A stretch of 64,000 nt of DNA from Acanthaster planci. Its lineage: Eukaryota. Both the position numbers and the translations under genes were made by a program. Under the pieces are notes generated by a model. The model did not search any database, was not told where the DNA came from, and saw only the letters and a list, made by a program, of their open reading frames with translations. Within the stretch, counting starts at the first letter, position 1. The number at the start of each line of letters is the position of its first letter. The stretch spans positions 742,083-806,082 of the forward strand of contig NW_019091355.1 in assembly GCF_001949145.1 (NCBI RefSeq), read 5' to 3'. This document shows positions 1-13,450 of this stretch, piece after piece.

Positions 1-434
1 GACTGGTAGTCACTTTGGGTCAGGATCGGGGATAGACCACTTCCGATGAACTACTGAAAATTTATTCGATTTACAAACGAGCTTTGGGAAAATCAGTAGA
101 GAGCTTTTCACAAGAATTACACGTAACCGTAAGACATGACATGTCCGCTGGTAACCCTGTGTTATTAGGAAACAATGAGCAACAAAGCATCGGACATGGC
201 ACGTTCACCGATAACTTTTTTGGCCGATAATTGAACTCAGCAAAATTTAGTGAGCTTCGCAACGCAGTCACATCATCGGTCCCGGATGGTACCTTTAAAG
301 GCCAATGTTGAATAAGGTCAGGTCAAGGAAACATGTCACCCAACTCGATCCTACCCCCTTCCTTGGCAATCCCTCCTTTCTCTCACTCTGCATCTTATCT
401 CCACGGTCAACAAGTCCTCCCTCCCATCCTTTAC

Positions 435-585
435 CTTCCGCTTTGCCTTGAGCTGTCTGGCGCGGTTGGGTATATACTCGCCCAGTACATCACCATGCCA
501 CAGCTTGACGCCGATGACCGTGTAACAAGCAGCCAACGTAGCTAATGGCAGACAATACAGCAGCACGAATGTGATGACGTTGTAC
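435..585 (-). CDS. TACR: Tachykinin-receptor-like GPCR, second coding exon (TM5-ICL3); gene continues beyond the left edge
   Basis: Acceptor tttacag|G at 585 is phase-compatible with the first exon (AC+G = Thr). It encodes YNVITFVLLYCLPLATLAACYTVIGVKLW...RQLKAKRK and ends at donor AAG|gtaaag. The 151-nt length and AKRK|V boundary match the tachykinin-receptor exon pattern as I recall it. Confidence 0.9.
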
Positions 586-2023
586 CTGTAAAACATAAAT
601 GATTATCGATCACGCCACTGTTATTTGAAAAAAATAGGCTGCACAACATGTTATAGCACAACAACACCAACGCACATGTAGACATGTTGCCAACGAGGAT
701 GAACGCTTGTAATAAGTGGTAGGCAGTTCGTTTTGGCGAGCAGAATTGCAACTAGCCCTTACCGCGGTAGCACAACGCTCGTGGTCAAGTGGAACGCGCC
801 CGTTAAAGGTCTCCTCAACCACTAGATGGCAAAGACTTGTCAAATGCAGGCGCTCGTCAAACTTCAGAACGAGACTACGGCGTCTTCTCTGATTAGTGTT
901 TATCAAAGACAGTGGCGTAACTACTCTAAATTTCCGGGGGGCACCCGGCAATGCACACATTCTTACCACTGACCATAAATGTATATTAAATTATGAGCGA
1001 TTCACAATACAGTTTACCATCAAAAGCACATACTGAGGTAAAAACTGTTTTTTTCCAAGCACATTCTAAAAAGGTCGACATCTGCGCACAAACCATTTTC
1101 AATTTGAAGAACTCAACCATTATTTTACATGTGCAGTATGTATTGCAGTATGATTAGTCTTGGTTCCAAGACTTTCCAGTAGTTCATTCCGCGACATGAA
1201 GCATCACCAGACGAATTGCTCAAAGTAAAAAAAGAGCTTAAATAATATAATGCTCTCTGTATCCGCCCTGAGTTGAAGTGCACACTCAACGGCGAAAGAA
1301 AGACAGGCTGGTACGAAGTTTTCCAACTGGTTTCTGCACGCGTTCGGCGCACACGCAAAGACAGTTTAAATTCAATGCCCGTACTCAGCGTTCCCAGCGT
1401 TGGTACCATTTATCGCCATCCGGTTGGTAAGTGACTTCGTCACAAAGGCGGACGCGCCACGATTTGCGGGCTCCCATTGGACGATCGCTGAAGTTGCGCG
1501 TTAACGTCCGGTTCCATGGTTCCATGTAAGCGGCGATCGGTGCATGTAACTCTGTGCAGTGCATGTGCAGTGGGCGTGGTTTAAACTGAAGTGACGTCGC
1601 GCTTACGAACCGGATAGGTTCATCACTGAAGCAGTGACGATCTAATTTCACAAGGAATGACGTACTAAAAATCCAGTTGGCCCGTCCTCCACAGTACAGA
1701 GGCGCTATCATTAGTTAACATCACTACTTAAGCCATGCCCACCTTTGTTTCGACACCCTAGCGGTAGCCTGGGCGTTACCTTTAAGTAAGACTGATGCAA
1801 TACAACTTAGTGCAACCGCCATAGTGTACATGTAATTATAATACTGATATTAAGCCGTGTCCGAATTACCCATGCAATGACTGGGAAGAACACGCTAGTC
1901 CACGTAGAACGGATATACCGGCTAACTGACGGCTTCCATAGGCGCATGTGCAGTTTCAGCCACAGCCAGATAAAATTCAGGTATCTTGATACCTGTTGTA
2001 TCAAGATCAAGCAAGGATCTTGT

Positions 2024-2158
2024 TTATGGGGCCTGTTCTACACGGATCCGCATCGCGATCCTCAATTCATCGTTGGTTCACTGACACCAGAGCCTGGATT
2101 GAGAGGACCGGCGATGGGTTTAAGATCAAGTTCTGCGTGAAACAAACAGGCCCCATAA
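2024..2158. mobile_element. Short MITE-like element with terminal inverted repeats (GPCR intron); related partial copy from ~2281
   Basis: ttatggggcctgtt (2024) is mirrored by aacaggccccataa (to 2158). gccctgtttgtttc at ~2282 resembles the same terminus. Confidence 0.35.
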
Positions 2159-2593
2159 GCTATACAATGTGCCACATCGGCATTTTCAACAGAGCATGCC
2201 AAAATGCATGAAGCGCGTCGGGGGTCACTCGGGAATAGCAATATGCGCGCGTGGGAGGTCGGCTTAATCAGATCTGTGACAGCCCTGTTTGTTTCCCATG
2301 GATCTGGATCTCGATCGCGTAGTCCAAACGCTGGTTCATGCCATCCATTAGGCCGGTGTCTAATGCCAGCTAAGGCGCTCGCGTGGTTTGTTCTCGAATG
2401 ACCTTGCCGTTTGAAATATCGAACTGGTTTGCAAGCACAGCCGTCCAACAAAACAAACGCGACGAATCACAGAAACGTTACGTACTCTGTGACTGATGTG
2501 TTGTGTTTCCTTCATTTAAGTGTAAGCCATGGACTGGTTGTTGGCTCAAAATTGGAGAATGATGAAAAGATTAAAGAAACAATACAAACTTAC

Positions 2594-3180
2594 GTAAAGT
2601 CGATATGGTTGAGTATTCCATCCGGCCAGATTACCAAGCACTGTCGCTTAGTCACATCACCGAGGTATGTGAAAGAAATGATCCTTGAATAGAACAAGAA
2701 CGGGCTGGCGAAAACGGCCGAGCCTCCCCAGATGACCACAATCATGCAGACGATGTAGGACTTGGACAGTCGAGGTAAGAGCGGGTGGACGATGGCTCGA
2801 TAGCGATCCACGGAGACAGCCACGAGAGACAACACACTGGCCGCCACAGATACGGTACCGAAGAAGCGGGCCACTTTGCACATGGCCGAGCCCAGGGCCC
2901 AGTCCTGGGTGACGATGTAGCTGGCCTGAAAGGGCATGCTTAAGGTAGCAATTAAGGCATCCGCCACGGCCAAGTTCAACAGGAAGTAATTGGTCACGGT
3001 TCGCATTCGGGGGTTGGTGGCTACGATCCATATCACGATGAGGTTACCCCCTGCAGCGATGACCATTATGGCAGTGCACACGACGGTCCACCAAACGCGT
3101 GACTCATTATCCAAGTTGTGAACAAAAGTAAAGTTGACCGGGTTATTGTCCTGAATTCCCCCACTATTTTGACCTCCCAT
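2594..3180 (-). CDS. TACR: Tachykinin-receptor-like GPCR, first coding exon (N-terminus, TM1-TM4, ECL2)
   Basis: ATG at 3180 (MGGQNSGG...). Family motifs GNLIVIWIV, RMRTVTNYFLLNLAVAD, WALGSAMCK, SVDRYRAIVHPLLPRLSK and CLVIWPD are present, with N-glycosylation sequons NFT and NES. The exon ends at donor AC|gtaagt (2593). The symbol is family-level only; a luqin/RYamide-type paralog is not formally excluded. Confidence 0.9.
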
Positions 3181-3540
3181 AATTCCAGGGGACAATCTCT
3201 TCCGGTATACGACAAATAAATAACAAACGACACGTATACTCAATCCTTCCTCAAAACTCCACAGGCACTAAGGCCTGCTTTTGCGTCACAATCGACCTGC
3301 AGTCCACAGAAGTTGTTTGTTTCAGAAGTATCCTCTAATCATCTATTCCTAGCTGTCCACTGCGTCTGCTCTTCGCGGCAGTGGTCAAGCCGTTGTATTT
3401 TTTTTTATTGCAAACCATAAACGTAAATGTCGCGCAATAATCTAATATCAGCAAACACTAACCCGCTTCCTTGGAAACACTCTTGATACGTTCACCCCAC
3501 TGTCCGCGAATAAACTGTTTTGACAAGCTTGGCTCCTGCC

Positions 3541-3790
3541 TTTTTATAAAGTTGTTCTAGTTATTCTTGGTGTATTGCACTGAATTTCCCTTGACAATTC
3601 TGGTCCATAATCCAAAGTGAAATATCAGGCGATCGAATTCTCCATAGCATATTAAAAAATCCCTCCTACGTCAGGTCTACTACGGCACTCTCTTTGATTA
3701 GATTGGACAACTTTGAAGTGACGTCACGCACAGAAAGCTGAAGTGGAACCCCTCGATACTGGGAGATTTGTGCAAAGAAAATCACGTGAC
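3541..3790 (-). promoter_or_regulatory. Putative core promoter of the GPCR (TATA, CCAAT, CRE, E-box)
   Basis: Minus-strand TATAAA at ~3548-3543, half-CRE at 3667-3673, CCAAT at 3706-3702, palindromic CRE TGACGTCA at 3719-3726 and CACGTG at 3783-3788. All lie 360-610 nt upstream of the ATG. Confidence 0.45.
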
Positions 3791-6700
3791 CTCCGTCAAT
3801 GTCCTCGTTTGAACGTTAAACTCTTACTCCTTCAATGGACAAGGAAACAATATCCACAGCTGACGGAAGGAAATCCTGACAAGTTCTACTGGAATCTGTG
3901 CTCTCGAATAAACTCGCAATGGTCGTTTATTCCCCTAGGATTAAGAAAGTACCTGTAGTTAGGTTATTGTTCACTTTGTCGACGATCGTGTTATCATAAT
4001 CCGATACCTTCCTTTGCTTTCTCCTGCGTATCGATTTCTTAATATCAGCTAACCCTACACAAAACACAGATATGAATTAGAAACGCAGTACTAAAGAGGC
4101 GGTCAGCAGCGGATCGATACAGTGAGCGGTAAAGTGAGTAGTTAGGCGAAGTAGCGTGATCCGTGGCTTGTGCTCCGGGGAATTTTTTGGCGCACCTCTC
4201 GAGGAGATAGATTCCTTGGCACAAAGAAGACAAATTCAAGCTGAATATTGACACAGGAATTCCTGACCAACTGTCTTGCCCCTCCCCCTCAAGAAACGAC
4301 GGCGTGGAATGGATACATTCTCGAGGGTACGGGGAGTACGCTTGCCCGCGTCAGCCTGTCCAACCAACCGCGACAATCACCCATAGTCGATGACCAGTAC
4401 TGTGACCTAAAACAAACAAGAAAAAGGCCAGCCAGGGAAATATAAGAAAAAACACTTTCTCAGAAGAAAAAGGCATACCATGGGTTTTCTGTCCGAGCTT
4501 GGAGACGAAAACATCCGGCCTTTCCGGTTTTCCCACAGCGAAATTTCTTCAGGTTTTTAAATTTTTCTTCGAGTTTTTAAATTGATCTAAAAGGGTATTT
4601 CAACTTGACACAGTTTACATCTGGCAGAACATGGGTATAAAATAACAACTGGACTGTGAACGGATTTGGAAATCTGATATAAAGAACTCTTTCCGTACTA
4701 CACGTCATATTAGCAGTCTTGAAATGTAACTTGAAATGTGCTTGGTATCCCAAATTTTTATTACTTATACCAGTGTATTCAGCTTTGAGTCCCCAAGAAT
4801 TTTGTCGTTCTTACTAATTGTGAATTATGTGCTCAATAAGTCAGTCATTTTGATTCGAAAACGAGGCAGCTTTGCAGATACTTTTCAAAAGACGAAAGCC
4901 GACTAGATAATGAAGACGCGATCAATTTGGTAATATAGATTGATAGTCTGGCACCATTCCATTCAAAAGTGTAAAATGAATAAACAACATCCGGGACCAC
5001 AATCGAAGAGAAATTATGACCCCGTGGGCAAATCTTCCTGGGATGGACACTTCTGGCTTCTTCTTGACTGTAACGTAAGAATTTACCCTTATACAAACAA
5101 TTTTTATCTACACACCTCAAAGTAATAATGTGTTTCTAAATCTGACCGACCGTAGAAAGTGTCCCGTGTTCTATGTTTCATTGATTGTTGAAATGTGGTG
5201 CACTTACCGTGCCACCGATCAAATAGGACCACTGTATATTTGGCACTTCCACCTGAAACAAAAATAAATTACACAGTTTTTGCTACACGCCGCACGGTAA
5301 AATATATTCCGTTGTGACAATTTATTGCCGAAACAGGACCAACAGTAAATGACAAGAGGGAAGTGCGGTCTGTCTCTCGAATGACATTCAATGGTTCATT
5401 TATATCTTATCATTGCTGGCATTAAGGCTCATCTAGGCTTGATGGAGCTATTGCCCTAGGACACCATTAGAGCCGTTCGGCGCACGTGCTTATAACCTAA
5501 CCAAAAGGCTAAAACTTCTTTCCTGGGATGAAATAATTAACAATTTCACGGCTTCTTCCTCGCCGCGCCCGACCCCTTGGGGCCTTGGATAACCAGATAT
5601 CAACTTGGAAAGAAAAAGCACTCAATCATTCCTGTGATGTGGAATAAATATCTCTTGGATTCTACCACTAAGTATCGACAACCGGTGTCCGTTCCGTAAG
5701 GTATCTCTCTTGAAAGGTTTGCCCGATTTAAAATGCGCAAATTAATCAGCATGGCTTGAGTAGATTCAACCGCGTACTACAACATTTAGTCGCGTTTCAA
5801 GTCAACCGATCTGCCCACGGGACGAAATCATTCTCACAAGGAACTTAAAGACGCGTTTTCAAGATCGTTCAAGTTGTTTCAATAACGACCTTGATTGTGG
5901 GAAGCTTACAAAAGGTGACATCGATAGGGCATCTGATTTGGACTGTAGCAAGTCGGGTCATCGTTAAGTTGATCATTAATTTGACTGAAAGCAACTCTGG
6001 ACAGTCCCTTCAAATAATTTTTGTCACTCTGAATAAGACCAGCACAAAAAAATTGTGTTAGCATCAGTAACCTTATCGTCTTCTCAGTCAGAAATGAAAA
6101 AAAAAGACATTCTATATCATGACCGAGGAAACGGTTTCCCTTTATGTGCTGTAAATTACTGATCATCTATACAAATTGCACTCTCCTCAGGCCATCTTAA
6201 TAACTACCTTCTGGTTAATTTACATCTACGATTTTAAGTTTCCTTTGGTATCCTTCTTTACGAGAGAAGTGATGGATATCTAACAAGTACTATCAGCCTA
6301 AATACGTTCCCACGCATGATAGGGACACTAAATGTACATTCGGTTTCACCTCTCATCTGAAACCATACTCTACACCCACGCGCTCGAGGCAAGCTAGACA
6401 AGGCAATGCAACAACTTCGATTACAAGCTAAACATGTCCATCCTAGCGTGTAAATGAATCCCGACTCATCGCAGTAAAAAAACAAGCGTGAGGTGCCATC
6501 CGCCCCCTTTACGCTATGGTAAACATAAAGTTTCACTGCGCATGCACGGCAATTGTTGAGGGAATCGTTTCGTACGAAGCAGTAATCCTCGAACACAGAA
6601 TATGATAATAATGTGTCTACTTGTACATTTCAACTAAGTATACCTGATTTAACCAAACAAGTATCGGCTATAATCTTATTTTGTTTCTATGACTGAACTC

Positions 6701-9700
6701 ACAGATTTGATTTTGGAATTGAAAGTGATTTGGAAAACCGTTCCCGCCACGATAAGCTCTTACTGGAAAGTTTACATGGTTGTACAGCTGACAATACAAT
6801 AATTGTGATGTCACTGGCCTATCAACTGGGGTCACGCATTAACCAGTAAACAGAAATCATCTTCAAGATCAGCACATAATTTTAAACCTGCTTTCCACGC
6901 ATACGGTGCATTTCACCAATGTGTCACTGAGTTACGTCCAACATTACAACACAGACATATACACGTAGTTCACTTGTTCTAATAGCGTGCAATTGTTGCA
7001 CGCTGGCTTTAGGTTTCTCTCTTATAAGAGGATAATGAAAATGTTCTTACAACTGATCACAAAAGAACTGAAATCAGACACTGGAAATGTTTCAAAATGT
7101 CAAGTGTACTACAAAACTGTATTTTTAGGGACATGTTGAAAAATCCGTGTCATACTATTTACTAACCTGTATAGGCCGTTCGGTATCCGCATTCGTTAAC
7201 CATGTTTTCCTCCTGTACAGTTTCAATAAACACCTTCGGCAACTTAACGCAAACGGCCACGAGACGCACTGAAAATACATCGATGAAAAGTACGGACGAC
7301 TTCATCTCTTGCGTCAGGCTTATAGCTCGCATAAACGAGGCATTACAAAGCATGTACGCGAGTTACTTGACGTAAACGACTGCTTCGGTATAGGCTAGCA
7401 CATGTGAGGAGGATATTGTTCTGGAAACAGTTTTGATGCAAAACTGAATTTTGGTGCATTAAAAAAATACTGTATCTCTTGCATCTCTAGCATTTCTTAT
7501 TCATAAGCTTCAACATGCTAAAGTCCAGAAAAACTGACGAACCACGTGTCTTCTTGTTTTCCTCAAGTATTCCCTCACATTGGACAGTAGACACTTGTAA
7601 TGACAAGTTTTGAATGTAAACTCACGATCTGTACTCCATGTACAAAGGTCGAAGGAATATTGCATACTTAATCTGAGCCAATTAAATCAAACCAGACTAC
7701 AAATGGGAAGGATTCAACAGACAGGCCTCCTTCATGCATTGGGAAATACTGATAGAGTGGAACCAACTTAACTTGATTCCTCCAAACTGGAAAACGAAAA
7801 ATAGGCGGGAGAAATCTGACCATGAAGATGATCTCACAGCTACACAGTGCACTGCAATTGCAAACATCTTGCAATTAGCGATCGTGAGTGCTGACGCACA
7901 GTGCCCGAAAATCCTGTTTACGGCACGTACGCATTTTTTTCAGTGTTCCCCGGGTTTGTTCCCTTATGGTTTTATATTCTCCATGACTAACATCACTAAA
8001 AGGTCCCATGTGTCTTACGTTAGCCTAGGGAAGACCCCGTGCCCGGAAGTCACGACTGTTGACAAAACCATGTTCTTTCAAAATTGCATTCGGCAGATGA
8101 AGCCTGTAGCAACTCAAGGAAATTTAAGAATGACAATAGTGTCGATTAGTGACAGCGTAATGGATGTTTATTGTTACTGCGTCAGGTTTATAGCCAACGG
8201 ATGCTTTGTTGGAGGTTTATGTTACTCAGCATTACAGACAAAAATAAATATGTCAAGGAAAATTGACATTTTCAATTGTTTGGTACACACCTCGTGTTTC
8301 CAGCCCAAAAGCATATAATTTGTAATGGACATAGAGCAAAATCCATTTTTACCAAATAGGCACTGCCTGCACGTCAGCTTTGGTTTGTTCATATCTTCAA
8401 TTACAGGCTAATAGCGTAGGACACACACAGGAAGTAGAACTTTCCACGCACAAATTCGATTGACATCAAAGGAGTGAGAAGGAAAGCTTGATTGATCAAA
8501 GAGAAAATGACAGAATTTCATTATGGACAACTCCGGGTTATCCAGTTCCTTTTCTGGCTGTTTGAACATAAGTTCTAAAACAGCTACTCGACGACGTAAT
8601 TCAACAGTAAAAACAAATTAGAACGCGAAGTTAATTTCATTTGACAATTTAATATGCTGTCAGTTTACAGTGATAATTTATAGTGTGTAAGCTAAGACGG
8701 ACTTGTGCGAATGACGTGTGTAGGCAGGGACCGCGTCGTGACCTCAAAGGGTTAAGATATTATATTCAATGTTCCATGTCTCAAGATATCCTATTGATAA
8801 ATACACTAAAATACATGAACTTTAGTCGTGACCTACTGCAGTTTGATAATTACAACAGAAGGTCCCCTATTCCTTTTGATTGTGAGCTCTTTTCAAAGAT
8901 TACCAGAGCCTGCTCCACAACATGACAAGCCTACAGCACGTTCTTCAGTTGCTTTGTTATTGCACATCATATCTGAAGTCTACCGCGCGCTTTCAACTGA
9001 CGTCGCACTTCGACGAAATTTAATTTGCTCGGTAACATGTGTGGACTCCGGGCCCCGCCAAATATCCCCAAAATGCGTTTGGAACGATCCCGAGCTGGAC
9101 TGTTTACGGGATGCAGCGGCCCAGAAATCGATCATTTTCGAAGAAAATGCGTGCGCCGATTTTATCAATCAACAAATCTCCCAATTTTCTTGGTACTTGA
9201 TAATGAAGGCATATTAGATTTAAAGAAAAGAGAACTTTAACTTGTTGGTTGTAAAAAAATCAATTTAAAACAGCTAAGTTTACTCCCAGATTCACCGAAT
9301 ACGTATAGAATTCCGAAAAAGGAACCAATGAAATTAGAAAGATTCGAAACTCTCCTTCAAAAAGGAGAATGTCAGGACTGAGCATCGAATCTAAGCCAAA
9401 TGGGATCGATGTTCGTGCATTTTGATAACGATTTTCACAAAGTGACATATCGATGTTGCGTTCACCATGTTCTCATCCGGTGACTTAGCGGGGATGCGTT
9501 TCGCATAGGCAAGGATCATTTAGCTGCTAGCCATGTTTACCTCACCAGGGAGTCTTGTCCGGAAACACAGTAGATAACTTGATGTTTGAAAAGACATGTA
9601 TGTCAGCTAGATGTTTACAATATCAAACGAACTGAATGCTTGGAACTAAATGTTAATGACAGAAAAAGAGATACTCATGTCCTTGAAAATTTTCCATTAA

Positions 9701-10191
9701 AGGATTCAAACTTGTCAAACTTACTGCGTAAAGCATGTTTTCTCACAAGCCTTTAATCAATAAATTGATTTTTATACTTGTACTTTCAACTTGGCGCTTT
9801 GAAACATTGTGGAAAGTGCATTATAAATGTTGTAAGTTATAGTTATAAACGAAAGTAAAGACTCAAAACGTTTCCTTTGAAACAGATTCATTCTTACGAA
9901 ACAACAGCGTATGGAGTTAACTTTCTTTCATTCCCATGAATGCAAGATTCGTTGTTATTTCAGCTGATACTTAAACAGCAGCAGGCATGCGAGGTTGCTA
10001 ACCATTTCTACATTTTATCTATGGAAAAAAATGAGGAAATACCACGTCCGACGCAATATATCGCTTAAAATTCGATGGTTGCATAATGACCCACGTATTC
10101 GTGTAGACTTCACTCTACCAGCCTGATTAGTTCTTATAGCATTTAAAAATATTGGTACTTACTAACATTTTTTTTAATTTTTTTTCTCTTT

Positions 10192-10419
10192 TTGTTCTTC
10201 AAATGTCCAGTAGTTGCAGAGAAGTATCGTTATGTTAACGGAATGATGAATGACACTTTTAGAGAGAAATTTTACTTGTCGTCCATACTGAAAATGGGAG
10301 GCAGACGATTAAGAGTGAAGATTAAACCAAAGTTAGATAAAAAGAATTTGAAAAAAATCGACATTGAAAGCGTAAAATGGATTAAAATTTCACTTAATAG
10401 GAATAAGTGGAAATATTAG
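10192..10419 (+). mobile_element. Possible decayed 3' end of an RTE-like non-LTR retrotransposon ORF
   Basis: GGRRLR...KKNLKKIDIESVKWIKISLNRNKWK resembles the G-x-R...K-x-L-K...W...R-x-x-W tail of RTE-type RT ORFs. Pattern recognition only. Confidence 0.25.
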
Positions 10420-11319
10420 GAGTTAAGAGACGCGAGTTGGCCAAACATTCGTCAGATACACGAGTCTCTGCAACGACTATAGCCTTGCGGATTCAAGTAT
10501 CCGTGGAAAGAACGTCTCTCACCTGTCATTACATGCAGTTGCAACACTTGCTGAAAAGAAAACTCGCTGAATAGTGCTGAATTGCTGACTAGCTTTGCTG
10601 AATTGCTGAACCCCAGATCTTCCTCAAAAGTTATTATTGTTTCAGCTATCGAAAGCATGACAGTCTTGATGTGTCACATCCGGGTAAGAGAAAGTACAGG
10701 CACGGAAATGATTCGCTACGTGGACCTACATGGACGAGGCGTGAACGATACCTCCCGTTCACTTGCGCCAAGCGACTCCAGGCAGCACACGCGCACCCAC
10801 ACAAGGCTCACAGAATGTCACTCAAGATTTCTGCTCCCAGGTCCCATTAGGCCCGGTCCGCGATTGGCGCCCACTCCTGGTGCCATGCCTGCTCCGGCGG
10901 CGTATTTGTTCTTCCTGATCACGTTTCCTTTCTTCTCTTTTTCTTTCTTATATGTACATGTACTTACCTCCGTCCTAGGCTCTGTGCTCTGCAGGTGCTG
11001 TGCAGACGTGCATGCGGGCTAATGCTCCGTCAGTAGTGCATTGTATCGATACATGTATGCTTGTCACTTTCTGACCATTGAGCACGCCTTCATCTTCATC
11101 CCACAGTGCGGAAAATGTTCTGGTGAATAAAATTATCTCACCTTTTTTCAATTCAGCCTCAGTATATAAGAGGAGATTTCTTCCACAGAATGTCTGGCTC
11201 TCTCAGAAGCTAAGTGAGGTGGAGGTGAATGCATGAAGAATCAGTCTACACTCAGGGAAAACCTAAGAAAGCAGTTCCAAAAAATTACTTACTTTTTTGT
11301 AAATAGGTAATACAGTAAG

Positions 11320-11540
11320 CCTCTGTCATTACTATGACTTTTCAACAATTAAATGAACCGCCTATATGCTAAGTTTAGTGAAGAATAGCTGAGCCAAGCT
11401 TCTGTCACTACCGAGGGCAATTAAGCTATTACGTCCCCTACATGCTCAGTTTAGTGAACCATAGACGAACAATATATGTGTCCACCATTACTGAAGGCCT
11501 TTGGGGGATTATGTGTTCGTCTATGCTAACTTTAGTGGGT
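11320..11540. repeat. Degenerate tandem repeat, ~76-81 bp unit, about 3 copies
   Basis: The core atgct(a/c)a(g/c)tttagtg recurs at 11366, 11442 and 11523, and tctgtca(t/c)tac precedes the first two copies. Confidence 0.55.
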
Positions 11541-13229
11541 TTTAAAGCTTGAGAGCCATTCAATGCAATCAGTCCCAATTTATCTGTCTTTTCCAATGGA
11601 GACCCCTACCTTTGTCTCCGTATCAACCAGCTTATTGGTGTCACGTGATATTTTAAATCCCATGAAAATGTGTTCTTCTTTTCCATATGGGTGTGTAGCC
11701 TCCCAGGCTCCTGCTGGTTGTGCATTAATTAATGAGCAACCCGGTTCCGTCTTTCGACTGATTAAACCTGAGAACAATTACCAAAAACGTGAAAAAGTCA
11801 AGGTTTTCATAAGATGAAAGGGCGGACGATCTTTAGAATGATGTAAATTTTGATGAATCTCCGAATAAAAATAAATATACATTCTTTGCACTGTACATAA
11901 TCTCCTTCCGATGAATACCGATGAATAACTACATCAACAAACTGGCAATAGCATAGTTATTTTTAATTAATTCGTAGCATATATCTTCCATAAATAACAA
12001 TGATTACCACTTGCTTCACAATTGAAGTGGAAAGGTGGTAGCAGATGAGGAAACAAATTTGCCTTTGAAGTAAATTCAAAGACAGTTTTTAGACTGAATA
12101 AGCACGGCTTTGGTTCATCTGACACATTCTTTGATGCATTTTTCTTCGTTATAAACGATGAGTCAATTGACATTCAATTGAGCGGTCGCTGCACTGCAGT
12201 TTCATCAAGATTTTCACACCACCAAACGTGGATAATCAGGCACTAGGAAAATTATTTTTCCACGTTGCAACAAAAGGTGAAGATTGATTCTTGATCAGCC
12301 CTAGATCGCGGTCACTGAACGGCGTTATCACCGCTCCCCTTGAAACCAGACACGCAGATTGACGCAATGAAACGAATGTTGAAGTTGCTTTCGTACTGTC
12401 TTGCATTTCTCTCTGCACTTCCTGGCACTTCCTGAGGAAAAAAATGTAAAGGCCGAGCACAGGTCGTGTGCAATGTACTTGCAGCTGGTTATACGGTGTG
12501 AATGTCAAACAGGACTGTCTCGCATGGGGCGCGGATTCGTCATGCAAGGAAAACGGCAAAACCTCGGCAAATCCAATAAAACCAAAAATGCAAATGGTGT
12601 CTGGAGGCGAGGGAGTGCTCGCCGACAGAGTTGGCCAGACCCAGGAGCATCCGCCACCATCAGCTCGTTAGCTGCACTGTTCCTTTGGGGACCTCCCCTC
12701 GTAAGTTTCCCCTGCAAGCCAATTACGGCGGCATTAACCATTTCTTATCCAGTTAAGGATGGTGACGTCACGGGGAGGGAGATAATGTAATCATTTTTTT
12801 CGCCGAGGGAAAAAATGTAGGGAAATAAACAGCTATACATCTATCATCCAAATGAGGTATAACAGTGCTTGAATGTGCACAGGGGTTCCATCATTACCTC
12901 AATTATGACTAAAAGTGAACACAGTATACAGCAGATAAGTAGATAATATATGATTGTTCACATTGGTGGACATGTTTTGAACGATTTTCTATGAAATTAA
13001 AGCCCACCTCAAGTGTCATTTAATCTTGCCAAAATCTTATCAAGTTTCAGGAAAAGTGTGGGCATTGGTTCTAAACAACATCATTGTGTTGCCACAAGCC
13101 CTCTACATAGCCTCGACAGGTTTTCATTTGGAATATATGTATTACCCATTCAGGCAATGGAATAACATTGTACATGTACATATAAATTATGGTTAAATCC
13201 ACGTAATTTTAATATTAACTGCATCTTTG

Positions 13230-13450
13230 TCGTTCCCCTGGGTGCTTCGCCCCTGGGGGTGAAGACTTTCATATACAGTGTGGCCAATATTCTGACTCCA
13301 GAAATGTCGGGAGAAATCTGTTCAAGAATATCCACAATCAGGTATATGAGTCATGTATCCACAATCCATCCTCATATGTCGGTTTCAATGGGATTCGAAC
13401 TGGGATCAAACAGGTTTGCGATCGAAGAAAGTGTCAGAGAATCCATTGAA
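13230..13450 (-). mobile_element. Possible degenerate tRNA-derived SINE
   Basis: Pol III B-box GTTCGAATCC on the minus strand at ~13401-13392. No cloverleaf and no clear A-box. Confidence 0.25.

Noticed and set aside
3181..3243. N-terminal extension of the GPCR ORF as given in the track
   Set aside because: It starts at TTG; the first in-frame ATG is at 3180 and gives a normal short glycosylated N-terminus.
3946..4884. Possible ~0.9-kb DNA element with termini aaagtacctgta / tgcagatacttt
   Set aside because: Only a 10/12 match and no clear target-site duplication.
7734..8318. 194-aa ORF
   Set aside because: No recognisable domain, non-coding-like composition and no splice-consistent partners.
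11320..11540. Repeat-spacer-like pattern as a CRISPR array
   Set aside because: Only three degenerate units, the spacers are partly related to each other, the context is eukaryotic and there are no cas genes.
13385..13450. tRNA gene
   Set aside because: Only a B-box/T-loop-like 10-mer is present, with no cloverleaf; at most a SINE relic.
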